Position numbers and translations under genes: made by a program. Positions 29,268 through 41,407 of a DNA stretch of 64,000 nucleotides are shown here, piece by piece (positions within the stretch are counted from its first letter, which is position 1; every line of letters begins with the position of its first letter). The stretch is taken from IMG/VR virus record IMGVR_UViG_3300021429_004282. One strand, written 5' to 3'. The stretch comes from an uncultured virus (IMG/VR IMGVR_UViG_3300021429_004282). Its lineage: Duplodnaviria > Heunggongvirae > Uroviricota > Caudoviricetes. The notes beneath the pieces were generated by a model. It did no database searches and was not told the origin of the DNA. It saw only the letters and a program-made list of their open reading frames with translations.

Positions 29268-31519
29268 TGGCTCCTATTGTAAAATTCGATAGTGAATATG
29301 ATGATGACACAAGCCTTTACACAGTTAAAGATTCTGCATATCTTGTCTTGTCAAAAGATTATAATCCCGGTGACACATCGATTACCGTAGACCTTGACAC
29401 AGAAAAAAACTTTTTATTTCCATCCACCGGAATTATCACTCTTGTTGAACAGTGTTCTGATCCAGCTAATCGTGCCGTTTCTTTTTATTATACTTCCAGA
29501 ACAGATACCACATTTGATGGACTGACTGTTTTGGATTTCACCCCAGATACTTACAAACCATCCAGACAGACAACTGTTGTAATGAATGTGATGGCAGAAC
29601 ATCACAATAATTTAAAAGATGCAATTATAGCAATACAAAACTTTGTTGGAATAAAAGATCTACCCGGATCACTATCGACAGTAAACACTGGCAAACTCGA
29701 AGAAAGAACAAACTTTCTGATAAGCAAGGCTTTTGAACCTAAAGCTTGGTTCACAGTAAACAAGCGCATAGGCCTTGCCCCATTCACAGTACAATTTTCC
29801 AACCAGTCTGTCAGACTTGGAGAAGATATTCCAGACAACACCATAAACTTTTATTGGGATTTTGGAGACAATACTGCAAGCAATATCGGGTACTATGAAA
29901 CAACAGAAACTGTACCATCTGGAGTACTTGATGTAATAGTGGAAGATACCGATGCTGGAACCATAACAAAAACCTACACAAGAACTGGTACATTCACTGT
30001 AAAACTTACCGTCACTAATAAGTACGGAAGCGACACGGTTGAGTTTGTTGATCTAGTTAATGCTAAATATGAAGCACCAGATGTTGCCGTTGTAACTTTC
30101 AACGCCACGGGAATTCAACAATGTCTTCCATCTGAAGGCAATTGCCAAGTATTCAAAACCCCAACAGGACAGCAAGTAAGCTTGGAAATTCCAAGTGGAA
30201 TCAATCCAGAAACCAACAGAACATATTCCGGTGAAGAACTTGATGGATCTGGGAATCCTATTGATCCAATAGTCACATATACTTGGTTGCTTTCTGATGA
30301 TACAGGACATGGAAACGATCAAACTACAACAGCACTTTATACCATTGGGGGTTTAAAGGATGTAGTTGTTCGTTGTGATACGGAAAGCCAAGCGTATCGA
30401 ATTACGACCTATAATTCTTTCATAGATGTTGTGGAAAGACAAAATTTGTGGTTGTCAACATTCTTCAGCAATTCTAGCACTGTGATTCAGACATCAGAGT
30501 TTGGACTCATAAGTGAAACTTTCAAAACCAAACAATCACAAACAAGCACACTAACTATTAATACAAGCTTTTTAGCTGCTGCAACAAATGCAACACAGTT
30601 GATAAAAGAATTCAGGAAAAACACAAATTTCACAAACAGAGCAAACATATCATCTGGTTTGGCTGGTGCAGCAGTATTGCACTATGCAACAGGAAGAGGC
30701 AGCGAAGTCATTTCAGACGAAAAAATAAATGCCTTACAATATAATGGTTATTTGGAGTCTTATTCTGCGTTTCAGATTATTACACGACCTTGGAATTGGG
30801 TTTGTTTTAACTTTTTGAACAAATCTTATTTCATGTTTGGAAACCTAACCACTACACAGAATACCGGAGAATCTAAAACCAATTTGACATTGCAAACACA
30901 TGACCTTTTATCTAATACAGTTTTAAGTTCTTCGTTTAGCGCAAGCGACTTTGCCGGTAATGCCACAGAACTGCTTAACAACGCAGCCCAATTTAATTCT
31001 TCTGGACAACCTATTTATGGTAATTTCAGCGCATATAGAACAGCTTGGAGAGACAGAAGCGGATACATACTAAAAAATGATGGTGTTGGAGACTTTTTCA
31101 GATTAAAGTCATTCTTTTCAACATCTAGCACAGCAGCAAATACCATTGCAAGCTTTAACAAACTTCCTGACATTCTTGGTCCTACCAAATACGAAGGAGA
31201 ACTAGTTAATTTGACTAGCGGTTTATTCTTCTTCAACAATACAGGCGCTGTTTCTTCTTATATTCCAACAGAGCAAACATGGAGAACCGGAGGACCGGGA
31301 CTAAACTCTGCTGTGTTTGCTGCTTTGCAAGATCCAACAGTAGTTGGATATGACAACGATACAAATACCCTTCTTGCAACCAGCGATGGGGACAGAAGAG
31401 CATATTTGAGTTTCGACTATACTAATAAATCTTTTCTGAAGTTCAATGATCTTGATCTGACTTTTACAAAACTTCCAGATAGACCTAGTGGAACCCAGTG
31501 GAACATGGGAGTATTCTAA
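29267..31519 (+). CDS. PKD-domain virion protein (paralog 2)
   Basis: MAEHHN; GLAPFTVQF..YWDFGD..GTFTVKLTVTN. Confidence 0.85.
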   Translation: MAPIVKFDSEYDDDTSLYTVKDSAYLVLSKDYNPGDTSITVDLDTEKNFLFPSTGIITLVEQCSDPANRAVSFYYTSRTDTTFDGLTVLDFTPDTYKPSRQTTVVMNVMAEHHNNLKDAIIAIQNFVGIKDLPGSLSTVNTGKLEERTNFLISKAFEPKAWFTVNKRIGLAPFTVQFSNQSVRLGEDIPDNTINFYWDFGDNTASNIGYYETTETVPSGVLDVIVEDTDAGTITKTYTRTGTFTVKLTVTNKYGSDTVEFVDLVNAKYEAPDVAVVTFNATGIQQCLPSEGNCQVFKTPTGQQVSLEIPSGINPETNRTYSGEELDGSGNPIDPIVTYTWLLSDDTGHGNDQTTTALYTIGGLKDVVVRCDTESQAYRITTYNSFIDVVERQNLWLSTFFSNSSTVIQTSEFGLISETFKTKQSQTSTLTINTSFLAAATNATQLIKEFRKNTNFTNRANISSGLAGAAVLHYATGRGSEVISDEKINALQYNGYLESYSAFQIITRPWNWVCFNFLNKSYFMFGNLTTTQNTGESKTNLTLQTHDLLSNTVLSSSFSASDFAGNATELLNNAAQFNSSGQPIYGNFSAYRTAWRDRSGYILKNDGVGDFFRLKSFFSTSSTAANTIASFNKLPDILGPTKYEGELVNLTSGLFFFNNTGAVSSYIPTEQTWRTGGPGLNSAVFAALQDPTVVGYDNDTNTLLATSDGDRRAYLSFDYTNKSFLKFNDLDLTFTKLPDRPSGTQWNMGVF

Positions 31520-31528
31520 AGGAAAAAA

Positions 31529-34500
31529 ATGCCAACATTATTCCCTCCACAAACTATTTATCCTCAGGATTATGATAGCGACAGCACACTTTACCAAGTG
31601 TACAATACTTCTGAAACAATCCTAATATCCGATTTGGAAACTTGGGCAACAACTATATCAATTAGACCAGTCGATATAGACCAACAAGAAATTTGGGGAG
31701 AAAATGGATTTGTTACAATAGAAAACGAACTTATATATTTTGACGCTGTACAAAAGGATGCAAACAATAAGATAAATGTTCTTACAAATTGCATAAGAAA
31801 TTTGGGCGGTTCATCTCCGAAGCACTACACAGCAGGTACTGATGTTCGTGGATTTGTAATTGCCGAGCACCACAATCAAGTTGCAAGATCTGTTGTAAAT
31901 ACTGAAAATTTTATTGGCATCAGTCTTTCTCAAAACAAAACAACATTAGATTGGAGAATTCGTAATCTTGCGGCGCAAGGAGCAATTGTAGATGACTACG
32001 GATGCCCTGAGGTAAATTTCAGTTTTTACATAGCAAGTGAAACCAGTAATGAAGTCGTAATAAATTATGAACTAGAAATAAACGGAACATTTGATAGCTT
32101 TTTACTAGAGTTTGGAGACGGACAAAGTACCACTACTGTCCAGTCTGGCACACACAGCTATTCTCCAAACATTATTATTGATCCTACAGTAACAGTTATA
32201 GCAACAAATTGTGAACAAGTTGTAAGCGGAGTAAGCAGAGAACAAGTAAGTCAGCCACTACAACAGCAAATACCAATAGATCTTAATGTTGTGGTTCCAG
32301 CAGTACCCGTTCTTCCTGAAATACCAATATCATTTCAAAATACTGTAAACAATCAACTTCTTTTGCCTCCTATTGTTTTCCCATGTGTCGAAACTGGATT
32401 TGGCCCAATATCTGTGCCATCTGTAATAACAATTACTCCTCCTTTAATAATACCAAGCAGTATTGATTTTATTAATCCTCCAAATATCCCAAGTACTATT
32501 GTAATCAATCCAGTTGATCTTCTTTTGCCAAGCCAAATTTATGTTGAAGGAATTTGCGGACCAACACCGCCAATACCAGCACCACCACCATCCCCTTCAC
32601 CATCCCCTTCACCTTCACCATCCCCTTCACCTTCACCTTCACCTTCACCATCCCCTTCACCATCACCATCACCATCACCTTCACCATCACCTTCACCTTC
32701 ACCATCACCATCACCATCACCATCACCATCTCCATCTCCATCACCTTCGCCATCCCCTTCGCCATCCCCTTCACCGGCTCCTTCACCTTCACCGGCTCCT
32801 TCACCATCCCCTACACCTACGCCAAGCGGAGATGAACCAACGCCGCCCACTCCTGTTCCCGACATTGTGCCAACTCCACCATCACCTGTTCCTGCTCCTA
32901 CTCCTTCTTTTCCTTTTAGTTGCGGACAATATGGATATTTTGCTGGTGGTTTGACTGGAGGAACTGTAAGCAGTGGTGTAAATTATATTGATAGGCTAAA
33001 TTTTTCTAATGATACTCCAACGCTGCTTGGTTCATCCAATCTTTTTTACGCAAGAACCGGTACAGTAGGAATATCTGGCGCTGTTACCAGAGCCTATTTT
33101 ATGGGCGGTCTAAAAGCAGATCTTAGTGGAATAACAAACTATACAGATGTTTTTGATTACGATAGTGAAACAACATCAATTTCTAATTCGGCAGACTTAA
33201 AAACCAAGAGAGACACGGCAATCGGAGTTTCCGAAGGTCTTACTAAGGGCTATATTGCTGGTGGTGATACCAGCGCTAGCGTGAATGTAAAATCTACTGA
33301 GAAAATAGTTTTTTCAACTGATACAACTGTGGCATCAACTAGCCTTGAACTTGCAAATGCCAAGGTGGATGGTTGTGGACTTGATGGAAGCAGCACAAGA
33401 GGCTATTTGCTTGGAGGATATACTTCGGCAGTATCTGCGACAACCGAATACATCGACTACTCAAACGACACAAAGATAAATGCTGGTCCTGCCGTACTTT
33501 CTGTAGCCAGATCAGGATGTGGTGGAATAGCAGCCACAGAAGCCAAAGGGTATGTTTGCGGCGGTGAAAATGGTGCTACTTCTACACTTTATGCAATTAC
33601 AGATATTATTGATTTTGCCACTGGTAGTAGATCTAACAATGCATCCGCAAATCTAGACAGACAAGTTGCTGGCTCTGCTGGAACAAGCAATAGGCAAAGC
33701 GCTGGATTTATAGGCGGTGGTGTAACAGATTCTGGGTCTGGACTAATAATAACTAACGCCATAGACAAGATGAGTTTCACAACAGATAGTTCCAGCACTA
33801 TTGGTTCAACATTTGCAGTTGGCAGAAACGGTTGGTCGGCTGTTGCCAAATTATGTCGTCCATTGACAGGAGATGGTGGTTATTTTGTTGGTGGAAGTTA
33901 CGACTGGGATGGATTTTTTGCTAGCTATACTGCAACTGCTGATAAAGTGATATTCTCAGCAGACACAAGCATGGCTATGACCACCGCCAACCTTACGCAA
34001 GCCAGAGATTCGTTTGCAAGTATTAATGGCACCCAATACCGTGGTTATTTTGCCGGTGGATATGATGAATCTTTTGTAAACTTGACAGAAAAATTAATTT
34101 ATGCAAATGAATACACATCGGCAGCAACAACTGCGAATTTAACTTCTCCAACTCATGGTGCATGTGGCCTTACAGATGGATATACCAAAGGCTATGTTAT
34201 TGGTGGTTATCAAAAATCAGAATCAGTAATAACAGACAAAATTTATAAAATTACATATTCAACAAACGAGACAATAAGTCAATTGACTACTGCTAGGCTT
34301 GCTACTGGTCTGGCATATTTAGCATCTGTTTCTGACAATAAAACACAGGGATACTTGGCAGGTGGACTGGCAGGCACTGTAAAAATAGACTCTTGCGGAG
34401 TCATGAATTTTTCTCAAGATACATTGACAGAACTAACTAGCAAATACTTGTCTTCTCCAAGAAGTGAACTTGCCGGACTAGATGGTAATTCTACTAAAGG

Positions 34501-37500
34501 TTATTTTGCTGGAGGTGACACAGCTAATTATAAGTCTGTAACGAATATGGACATTTTGACTTATGCAACTGGAAGTTTTGCTCATTCTAATGAAGCCAAA
34601 TACAATCTGCAAACTTTAAAAGCTGGTTTGGCAGGTGTGTCTGAAAGAAAATCTAAAGGTTATTTTGGTGGTGGATCTAGCGGCGTTTTTGTGACAAGTC
34701 CTTTGACAGACAAAGTTTCTTTTGCAACAGGTGTTGTTACAGCAACAGAAACTGCAAATTTGACAAGATCCAGAACCTATTTGGGTGGTGTTTCAAAAAT
34801 AACTGACACAATCAATAATGATGGAGCCTATTTTGTAGGTGGATACACAGCATCTCCCAATACTAAAATCACAGAAAAAATAATTTACGCTGGTGACATT
34901 TCAATTTATCCGTATACTGCTAATTTAGAACAAAATCGTGCCTATTTAGCTGGCATATCGAATCCAGATGTTGCAGGTTACATAGCAGGCGGCACATCCT
35001 CTTTAATTACATCATTTGTCCCGGTCAACACCATGGACAAGATAACTTATGCCACAGATCAAAGATCTGCTGTTGGATCGCTTGTATTGCCAGCAAGCAC
35101 TTATGGATTAGCAGGCTGTAGCGGCTCTAAGGATGAAGGTTACTTTGGTGGAGGCAATACTGGGGCTTTTACAAACAAAATTTATGTATTTGATTATGCC
35201 ACCGAGCAGATAGAATTGATGTCTATCGATACACTGGACTCAAACCGAGCATTTGTTGCTTGTATATCAGATGGGCACTCTAAAGGTTATTGGGCTGGCG
35301 GCAAAGGAGGCTTGGGAAGTGTAAAAACAATTGAAGTACAAGATATTGCTACGGGAACCTTGTCTTCTACTGGAACATTTATTTTATCTGCAGACACATC
35401 GAATGTGACCGGAAGTGATGGGAATGGTATAGAAGGATTTTTTGCAGGTGGTTTATTAAGCACTGGAGCAACGAAAGTCATTAATGTATTAAGTTACACA
35501 ACTGGAACCTTTCTTGCAACTAATCCGCAACTTTCTTTAGCTAAACATAGCATGGGCGGGGCTGCTAACAATGACAATAAAGGTTATTTTTCTGGTGGTT
35601 CTTCCAAATCAGATGCAACAAGCTTTATTAAAAAAACTGAGATTATAGAGCATATTACTTATGCTATGTCTACACCAAAATCTGCCGAACTAGATTATGG
35701 CAGGAGTTGTTTGACAGCTGTATCAAGTAAAAGAAACACATTGCCTCCAGCAAAATGTGGAGAATATACATGTAATTCTAACATAGCAGATGACACACGC
35801 TATTTTAATGTAGATCCACAAGCTTCAATTTTATATTTCACACTTTCAGCATATAGAAATTCAACAAGATTTATTGTATTTGACAACTTTAATAACATAT
35901 ATGTTGATACTGGTTATATAGGAAATATACCAGCTGGATGCGACAGTCCAGAACAAACAACATGGAACAATTATTATAATTTCTATTTTTTTAAAGCACA
36001 AAATGCTACTCGCATAGGTGTTCGAGCAATATCAGCGTGTACCGAAATTAAATGGTGCTATCTTATATATTGTAATTCGACATACACAAATATAGATGGT
36101 TTGCCGGGAAATCAGCTTACATCAGAAACAGGTTTTGATAAAATTTTTGCCTCTGCAAATTACACTATTGTACCTTATCAAGATCAAAATCAAAATACAC
36201 TTTTTCGTGCAACAGAGGTTGGCATCACTGCAAACTCAACCGCTATTGGACTCATTGGTTATTATTCAGGCACGAATAAGGCTAGCTCTTTTTATTATAA
36301 TGGCAAATGGAAATCATTTGAAGTCACCACCAGTACTTATACTGGTGCTGCTGCTGTTGATGTAAACGACAGATTTTACATGATTGGTTTGAACACTTCT
36401 GGACAACTAGGCCTTCCTGAAAATAGTGCAGGACTAACAGAACTCACACCATACACTCAGCTGGGCAAGGTTATTGACTATTCGTTATTTTTAAATTCCA
36501 CTTTCGTTATATTAGAAAATAATGATATGTATGCAACAGGTTATAACCAATATGGACAACTTGGACTTGGAGACAAAACTAATAGATATGGATTTACAAA
36601 AGTTTCTGGAAAATGGAGTTGTGTCATATGCAGCTGGTATTCAACATTGGCTATATCAACAGATGGTTTATTATATCTAGCTGGGGGATATTGGTGGTGG
36701 TGGAATAATATTGATTTAATTAATTTTAATAAAATAACAGATTTTACATGGAGGACAGTATCCAGAATAATTTACAGTTGGAATGGTTCGATTAGTTTTG
36801 GTTATTTTGCTGGAATAAGACAAGACGGGGTTATTTGCGCAATTAAAGTTGGATTTCAAACAAATATAATATATTCAGTTAATGTGGTTCCATTGGGAAC
36901 CAAAAATAATTGGAAAATGTTCAACAATTATATTTATTATTTTAATGATATTTTGTATGCTACAGACTCTTTAGATGATATGTATTCAATTAATTATACA
37001 GCAGATATTCCTAGTTATGTACAATATGATATTACAAGGATGGCAACTGATTGGAGAACACATCCTCCAAAATTTTCTGTATCTAAACACGGTGGATATG
37101 TAGTGATTCCTCCAGACTATGTTTTTGCAAATGCCATGAACATGGATGGATCAAATGCACTACAATTGACAGAAAAAACAAAAGACATAGTGCAGCAAGA
37201 ATCTTCAACAAAATTGAATATATGTCGTTTTGCAGGCAGAACACCTTTGCAGATGGTAAATAGCGTTCATGGAAAAGTTGCTATTCGCAGGTGTGATATT
37301 TTGGGGTTCTGTTGTCATTCATCTTCTTTGCCAAAAAGGCCTGAAGTTGTTTGTTGCCAGACTTGTGACAAATATCAGGAAGATGAAGAAAATCCACAAA
37401 CAGTTTTAGTCACACAAAGAGAAGAAATACTGATTGATAGCGTGCAAATACCCAAGCCTCCAGAACCTCCAGATCCATTTAGCATGGAGTTGCCATACAG

Positions 37501-37672
37501 ACCAATGCCTCCCATGGATCCTAACATGTTTGGCAGGCCGATTCATGTCAGCGAGATTGAGTATAAGGATCTTTCAGACATATATAATTCAGAAATACAA
37601 GACATGAACGGCTTCAAAATTAAGCCAGTAGATGATCTTAGGCCTGATGTGAACGACCTTCTTGGAGAATAA
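31529..37672 (+). CDS. Giant fibre/adhesin (paralog 3): shared N-domain, PKD-like domain, (Pro-Ser)n stalk, many kelch-like GYFAGG repeats, RCC1-like repeats, Cys-rich tail
   Basis: 2047 aa; IAEHHN; LEFGDG; repeated GY(F/I)x[14 protein letters not shown]. Confidence 0.85.
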   Translation: MPTLFPPQTIYPQDYDSDSTLYQVYNTSETILISDLETWATTISIRPVDIDQQEIWGENGFVTIENELIYFDAVQKDANNKINVLTNCIRNLGGSSPKHYTAGTDVRGFVIAEHHNQVARSVVNTENFIGISLSQNKTTLDWRIRNLAAQGAIVDDYGCPEVNFSFYIASETSNEVVINYELEINGTFDSFLLEFGDGQSTTTVQSGTHSYSPNIIIDPTVTVIATNCEQVVSGVSREQVSQPLQQQIPIDLNVVVPAVPVLPEIPISFQNTVNNQLLLPPIVFPCVETGFGPISVPSVITITPPLIIPSSIDFINPPNIPSTIVINPVDLLLPSQIYVEGICGPTPPIPAPPPSPSPSPSPSPSPSPSPSPSPSPSPSPSPSPSPSPSPSPSPSPSPSPSPSPSPSPSPSPSPSPAPSPSPAPSPSPTPTPSGDEPTPPTPVPDIVPTPPSPVPAPTPSFPFSCGQYGYFAGGLTGGTVSSGVNYIDRLNFSNDTPTLLGSSNLFYARTGTVGISGAVTRAYFMGGLKADLSGITNYTDVFDYDSETTSISNSADLKTKRDTAIGVSEGLTKGYIAGGDTSASVNVKSTEKIVFSTDTTVASTSLELANAKVDGCGLDGSSTRGYLLGGYTSAVSATTEYIDYSNDTKINAGPAVLSVARSGCGGIAATEAKGYVCGGENGATSTLYAITDIIDFATGSRSNNASANLDRQVAGSAGTSNRQSAGFIGGGVTDSGSGLIITNAIDKMSFTTDSSSTIGSTFAVGRNGWSAVAKLCRPLTGDGGYFVGGSYDWDGFFASYTATADKVIFSADTSMAMTTANLTQARDSFASINGTQYRGYFAGGYDESFVNLTEKLIYANEYTSAATTANLTSPTHGACGLTDGYTKGYVIGGYQKSESVITDKIYKITYSTNETISQLTTARLATGLAYLASVSDNKTQGYLAGGLAGTVKIDSCGVMNFSQDTLTELTSKYLSSPRSELAGLDGNSTKGYFAGGDTANYKSVTNMDILTYATGSFAHSNEAKYNLQTLKAGLAGVSERKSKGYFGGGSSGVFVTSPLTDKVSFATGVVTATETANLTRSRTYLGGVSKITDTINNDGAYFVGGYTASPNTKITEKIIYAGDISIYPYTANLEQNRAYLAGISNPDVAGYIAGGTSSLITSFVPVNTMDKITYATDQRSAVGSLVLPASTYGLAGCSGSKDEGYFGGGNTGAFTNKIYVFDYATEQIELMSIDTLDSNRAFVACISDGHSKGYWAGGKGGLGSVKTIEVQDIATGTLSSTGTFILSADTSNVTGSDGNGIEGFFAGGLLSTGATKVINVLSYTTGTFLATNPQLSLAKHSMGGAANNDNKGYFSGGSSKSDATSFIKKTEIIEHITYAMSTPKSAELDYGRSCLTAVSSKRNTLPPAKCGEYTCNSNIADDTRYFNVDPQASILYFTLSAYRNSTRFIVFDNFNNIYVDTGYIGNIPAGCDSPEQTTWNNYYNFYFFKAQNATRIGVRAISACTEIKWCYLIYCNSTYTNIDGLPGNQLTSETGFDKIFASANYTIVPYQDQNQNTLFRATEVGITANSTAIGLIGYYSGTNKASSFYYNGKWKSFEVTTSTYTGAAAVDVNDRFYMIGLNTSGQLGLPENSAGLTELTPYTQLGKVIDYSLFLNSTFVILENNDMYATGYNQYGQLGLGDKTNRYGFTKVSGKWSCVICSWYSTLAISTDGLLYLAGGYWWWWNNIDLINFNKITDFTWRTVSRIIYSWNGSISFGYFAGIRQDGVICAIKVGFQTNIIYSVNVVPLGTKNNWKMFNNYIYYFNDILYATDSLDDMYSINYTADIPSYVQYDITRMATDWRTHPPKFSVSKHGGYVVIPPDYVFANAMNMDGSNALQLTEKTKDIVQQESSTKLNICRFAGRTPLQMVNSVHGKVAIRRCDILGFCCHSSSLPKRPEVVCCQTCDKYQEDEENPQTVLVTQREEILIDSVQIPKPPEPPDPFSMELPYRPMPPMDPNMFGRPIHVSEIEYKDLSDIYNSEIQDMNGFKIKPVDDLRPDVNDLLGE
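32581..32830 (+). repeat. (Pro-Ser)n low-complexity repeat
   Basis: ccatca/ccttca/ccatcc hexamer array in frame. Confidence 0.95.
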
Positions 37673-40200
37673 TGCCTGTATTACCACCTAATTCTGTATT
37701 CCCAAATAACTACGATACAGACAATACACTTTATATGGTTTATAATACAACCGAAAGTGTTATTACACAGGTGCTTAATATTGCCGATAGCCAAATTTTT
37801 ATCAAACCGGTAGAAGCAAATGAAGATGAAATATGGGCAGAAAATGGATTTGCAAATATTAGTGGAGAACTTATTTATTATGGTTCTGTACTTAAAAACG
37901 GCAATGATAAGGTTTACAAACTTACAAATTGCATAAGAAATCTTGGAGGAAGACCTCCTCAATATAATTCAGCCAATACAGACATAAGAAGTTTTGTGAT
38001 GGCAGAACATCACAATCAACTGGCTAGAGGATTAGTTAATACTGAAAATTTTATTGGAATTACAAACAGCACAGACAAGTCAACTATTGATTGGAGAATA
38101 AGATATTTAATTAATCAACCAAACATCACGGATGATTTCGGTTGTCCAGAAGTAAATTTCATATTTATAATATTATCTGAAGATCCTCTTTTTGGCACTA
38201 CCATAGAATTTGAGCTTGAAATACTTGGAGTTTATGACAATTTTATTTTAGAATTTGGAGATGGAACCAGCACTATTACAGATTTAACTGGCACTCATGT
38301 TTATCCGCCAAACTCCACGATAGATCCAACAGTAACTGTAAATTCATCATCTTGTCAGACTGTCAATAGTGATGTTTCAAGAACATTTGCAAGCGAGACA
38401 TTGGTGCAAGTATTACCACAAGACTTAACGGTAGTTCTAGATAGTATCCCAGAAATTCCTCCTATAGTTATAGATTTTGAACCAAACATAGCGGCTGATA
38501 TTACTTTACCTCCGATTGTTTTCCCATGTTTGGATATTGGTCCATTCGGACCTATCTCAATACCTTCCACCATAGTTATAGACCCTCCGTTTGTAATACC
38601 AAGCGCAATTACATTTAATAATGTTCCTGTAATTCCATCTACAATATCGGTAAGTCCGTTTTCTATAGTTGTAAGTGGAGACAGATATATTGACTTGGTT
38701 TGTATTCCAGTTGCAGGAATAAAAGGATTTTTTGTGGCAGGAGCAAATAGTTTAAATCAAGCAATAGATTTGGCAACCAAAATTACTTATTCGAACGATG
38801 TTGTTGTGGGAGTTCCTTCTGCAAACATCACTGGTTCTCCAAGATTTGGCGCTGCTGCATGTGCAGATGGAACGGCAGGATACATAGCTGGAGGATACAG
38901 TTCGCAGGCAGTAACAAGTTTTTATAAAACAATTTTTGAAACAGAAACAACTGTCACATCAACATCTGTTTTATCTCAGCCAAGATATTATTTGACAGCT
39001 GTTTCTGGGGAAAACAAAAAAGGATACTACGCAGGTGGTTTAGCAGGTTCTAGTGTATCTACAGTAGTAGATGTAATTGAATTTTCTACTGGAAGCATGT
39101 CAGTCTTAACTTTGCCGACTGGCAGAGCTAGGTTTGCGGCGGTTTCTTTGGAAGCACAAAAGGGATATTTCTGTGGTGGTATTACAGGCGCTGCCGCTTC
39201 TAATATTACAGACATACTTGTTTACTCAACTAGCACATGGTCATCAGCAACATCGGCTTATTTGAAAAGCCCAAGAACGGCTATGTGTGGAATTGATGGA
39301 AACACGCTTCAGGGTTATTTCGCAGGAGGTTCTACAAATCTAACTAGCACCATACTTAAGTCGATTGAAAAAATGAATTACAGCTGGGACCAGACAACTG
39401 TGTTGTCACCAGCAGTTTTGGCTACTGGACGCAGTGTGCCCGGTGGTGTGGGAGATAGAAGCTCCCGTGGTTATATAGCTGGAGGATTAACAGGTAGTGC
39501 TTCTGCCACAGTTGTTACATCTATTGAAAAATTAAGTTGTGTTGGAGATACAATCTCTTCCATGCCGGGCGTTTTGGGAAGTGCTCGATGTGCCATGGCA
39601 TGTTTTTCTCAAGTTTTTGTTGATAGCTCAGGTGGTGGCACAACACCTGATGGAGCTCCCGCTCCCGCTCCCGCTCCCGCTCCAACTCCAACTCCCGCTC
39701 CAACTCCAACGCCTACACCGAGCGGAACTGGTCCAGCTTGTGGCACATGCACATGGGCGGCCTATGTAATAGGTCAAACACAGACAGTACCTCCAACCTT
39801 TATCTGGGACTGGACATCTACAAACAATTGTACATCTGGTTGTGCTTGTACCGGTAAGCCTGCGGAAACTTTTTCAAGGACTCAACCCGCTGATGTAATT
39901 ACTAATTGTGCATCTGGTTTTGCCATGACTGGAAATGGTTATATACCTCCACAAGAATCTTATGGTGTTCCAACACCACAAAATTTTGTAGCATCCGATC
40001 AAGGTTATGCTAGCATAGAAGAGAGAAATTCTTACTTTAATGAACAAAAAAACAAAGAAATTTTTACAGAACCTACACCAGAAATAAAAGTTCAAGAAAA
40101 TGATTTTGCAAAAAGTGTTCAGCAAGCTTTTAAAGCTGTTAAGGTTAGAATTAAGGACGAAGATCTTCTTCCTAACATCAAAGATTTATTAGGTGATTGA
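37672..40200 (+). CDS. Fibre/adhesin (paralog 4): shared N-domain, kelch-like propeller, Pro-Ala/Thr linker, Cys-rich module
   Basis: 842 aa; N-terminal ~340 aa colinear with 31529..37672; six GxxxGG repeats. Confidence 0.85.
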   Translation: MPVLPPNSVFPNNYDTDNTLYMVYNTTESVITQVLNIADSQIFIKPVEANEDEIWAENGFANISGELIYYGSVLKNGNDKVYKLTNCIRNLGGRPPQYNSANTDIRSFVMAEHHNQLARGLVNTENFIGITNSTDKSTIDWRIRYLINQPNITDDFGCPEVNFIFIILSEDPLFGTTIEFELEILGVYDNFILEFGDGTSTITDLTGTHVYPPNSTIDPTVTVNSSSCQTVNSDVSRTFASETLVQVLPQDLTVVLDSIPEIPPIVIDFEPNIAADITLPPIVFPCLDIGPFGPISIPSTIVIDPPFVIPSAITFNNVPVIPSTISVSPFSIVVSGDRYIDLVCIPVAGIKGFFVAGANSLNQAIDLATKITYSNDVVVGVPSANITGSPRFGAAACADGTAGYIAGGYSSQAVTSFYKTIFETETTVTSTSVLSQPRYYLTAVSGENKKGYYAGGLAGSSVSTVVDVIEFSTGSMSVLTLPTGRARFAAVSLEAQKGYFCGGITGAAASNITDILVYSTSTWSSATSAYLKSPRTAMCGIDGNTLQGYFAGGSTNLTSTILKSIEKMNYSWDQTTVLSPAVLATGRSVPGGVGDRSSRGYIAGGLTGSASATVVTSIEKLSCVGDTISSMPGVLGSARCAMACFSQVFVDSSGGGTTPDGAPAPAPAPAPTPTPAPTPTPTPSGTGPACGTCTWAAYVIGQTQTVPPTFIWDWTSTNNCTSGCACTGKPAETFSRTQPADVITNCASGFAMTGNGYIPPQESYGVPTPQNFVASDQGYASIEERNSYFNEQKNKEIFTEPTPEIKVQENDFAKSVQQAFKAVKVRIKDEDLLPNIKDLLGD
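39655..39720 (+). repeat. (gctccc/actcca)n repeat encoding APAPAPAPTPTP
   Basis: Visible hexamer array. Confidence 0.9.
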
Positions 40201-41105
40201 TGACCATTAAAAAAATGAATTTAAAATCCTTGAATGCAGTCAATGCGGAAGGAAAAAGAGAAAGTTTTACTTTCAGAATCGATGAATCAAGAAATGAATA
40301 TATTGGCGTAGAAGAATATTGGATAAGAAATTTTGGCAAACCTAGTGTAAGCCCAATTGATATAAATAATTTATATGATGATAAAGAAATACACATTCTC
40401 ATAGATAATGAATTAAAAAATTCAAAAATTAATATGCCAAACTTGTTAGAAGAAAATTTTTCTTTTGATAATGTTTTGATTATTAATGATGGTTTTGGTT
40501 TTGATAAGCATGCTGATTTGTTGTCTGACTTGACAGATGACTGGTGTGTAATTTGTATTAGAAATGCAGCACGATATTGGCAAGCAGTAAAATTTCCTGA
40601 TTTTTTACTTGTTCAAAACCCTTTCGATACCTGCTTGAGCCAAATGCCTGACAGGCAGTTTCCAAAACTTATAGTAAGCCGCAGAACAAACACTAGATTT
40701 GTTGTAGGATACAGAAATGTCAAATATGTATATGATGCGGTTTGTGATCGAAAATACCAAAGTCCCTACGCTAAAGCATCTAAAACTTATATTGATGAAT
40801 ATAGAAATCCAATATGTGCTGCAATAGGGTGTGCTTTTAACTTTAATGCAAAAAATATATTTTTAGCGTATTGTTCTGATACTTATAAAGAAACTAGGCC
40901 GGGTTCTATTGAAATTTCAGAAAACTTATTTTGTTATCCACAACAGGTTCTTGCTAACAAAATTGTAAATGCAAATTTATTTTGGCAAAAATTTACAAAT
41001 ATAAATTGTAATATATTTTATACAGGTGTAAAAAATTCATTTACATTTGCTAAATATTTACAGCATGATGAGTTCAAAAATAGGCTAAGAACAGGATTGG
41101 TTTGA
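40200..41105 (+). CDS. Putative Maf/sialyltransferase-like Rossmann-fold protein (degenerate)
   Basis: VLIINDGFG, VICIRNA, PDFLL, CAAIGCAFNFNAKNIFLAYC pattern resembles Maf/GT-associated domains. Confidence 0.45.
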   Translation: MTIKKMNLKSLNAVNAEGKRESFTFRIDESRNEYIGVEEYWIRNFGKPSVSPIDINNLYDDKEIHILIDNELKNSKINMPNLLEENFSFDNVLIINDGFGFDKHADLLSDLTDDWCVICIRNAARYWQAVKFPDFLLVQNPFDTCLSQMPDRQFPKLIVSRRTNTRFVVGYRNVKYVYDAVCDRKYQSPYAKASKTYIDEYRNPICAAIGCAFNFNAKNIFLAYCSDTYKETRPGSIEISENLFCYPQQVLANKIVNANLFWQKFTNINCNIFYTGVKNSFTFAKYLQHDEFKNRLRTGLV

Positions 41106-41107
41106 AC

Positions 41108-41407
41108 ATGGAAAAGAAACCCAAAATATGGTCTCATTCATTTCTGGACGATTTCAAGAATTGGATGGAGCAGTCTGAAGAAGACAAAAACAAAACCCAA
41201 GTTAAACATTGCAAATCAGCTTCAGATGAAGCAACACTAATTGAATCGATAGATTGTCCTTTTCGCAAATATGCAGAAACACAATTAGCGAAAAGCTTCA
41301 TGAAACATGGTGGAGTAATTAAAGAAGAATGTGATGACTTGTTTTTGGTAAAAACCAAAAAGGGAAAATTCTACATCAAAAAAGAACTAGTCAAGATTGA
41401 AGAATAG
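41108..41407 (+). CDS. Hypothetical protein
   Basis: ~99 aa; FKNWMEQSE near N-terminus. Confidence 0.65.
   Translation: MEKKPKIWSHSFLDDFKNWMEQSEEDKNKTQVKHCKSASDEATLIESIDCPFRKYAETQLAKSFMKHGGVIKEECDDLFLVKTKKGKFYIKKELVKIEE

Noticed and set aside
32505..32954. Poly-His, (MV)n, (GD/GE)n and (TI/TF)n ORFs
   Set aside because: Alternate-frame and antisense shadows of the (Pro-Ser)n repeat in the 2047-aa gene
31529..38700. Diversity-generating retroelement TR/VR pair
   Set aside because: Similarity is N-terminal paralogy with ordinary synonymous divergence, not adenine-specific; no reverse transcriptase in the window
1..40200. Eukaryotic or giant-virus origin suggested by extensin-like repeats, kelch repeats and actin
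   Set aside because: Shine-Dalgarno sites, overlapping operonic genes and T4-like head/tail proteins indicate a bacteriophage
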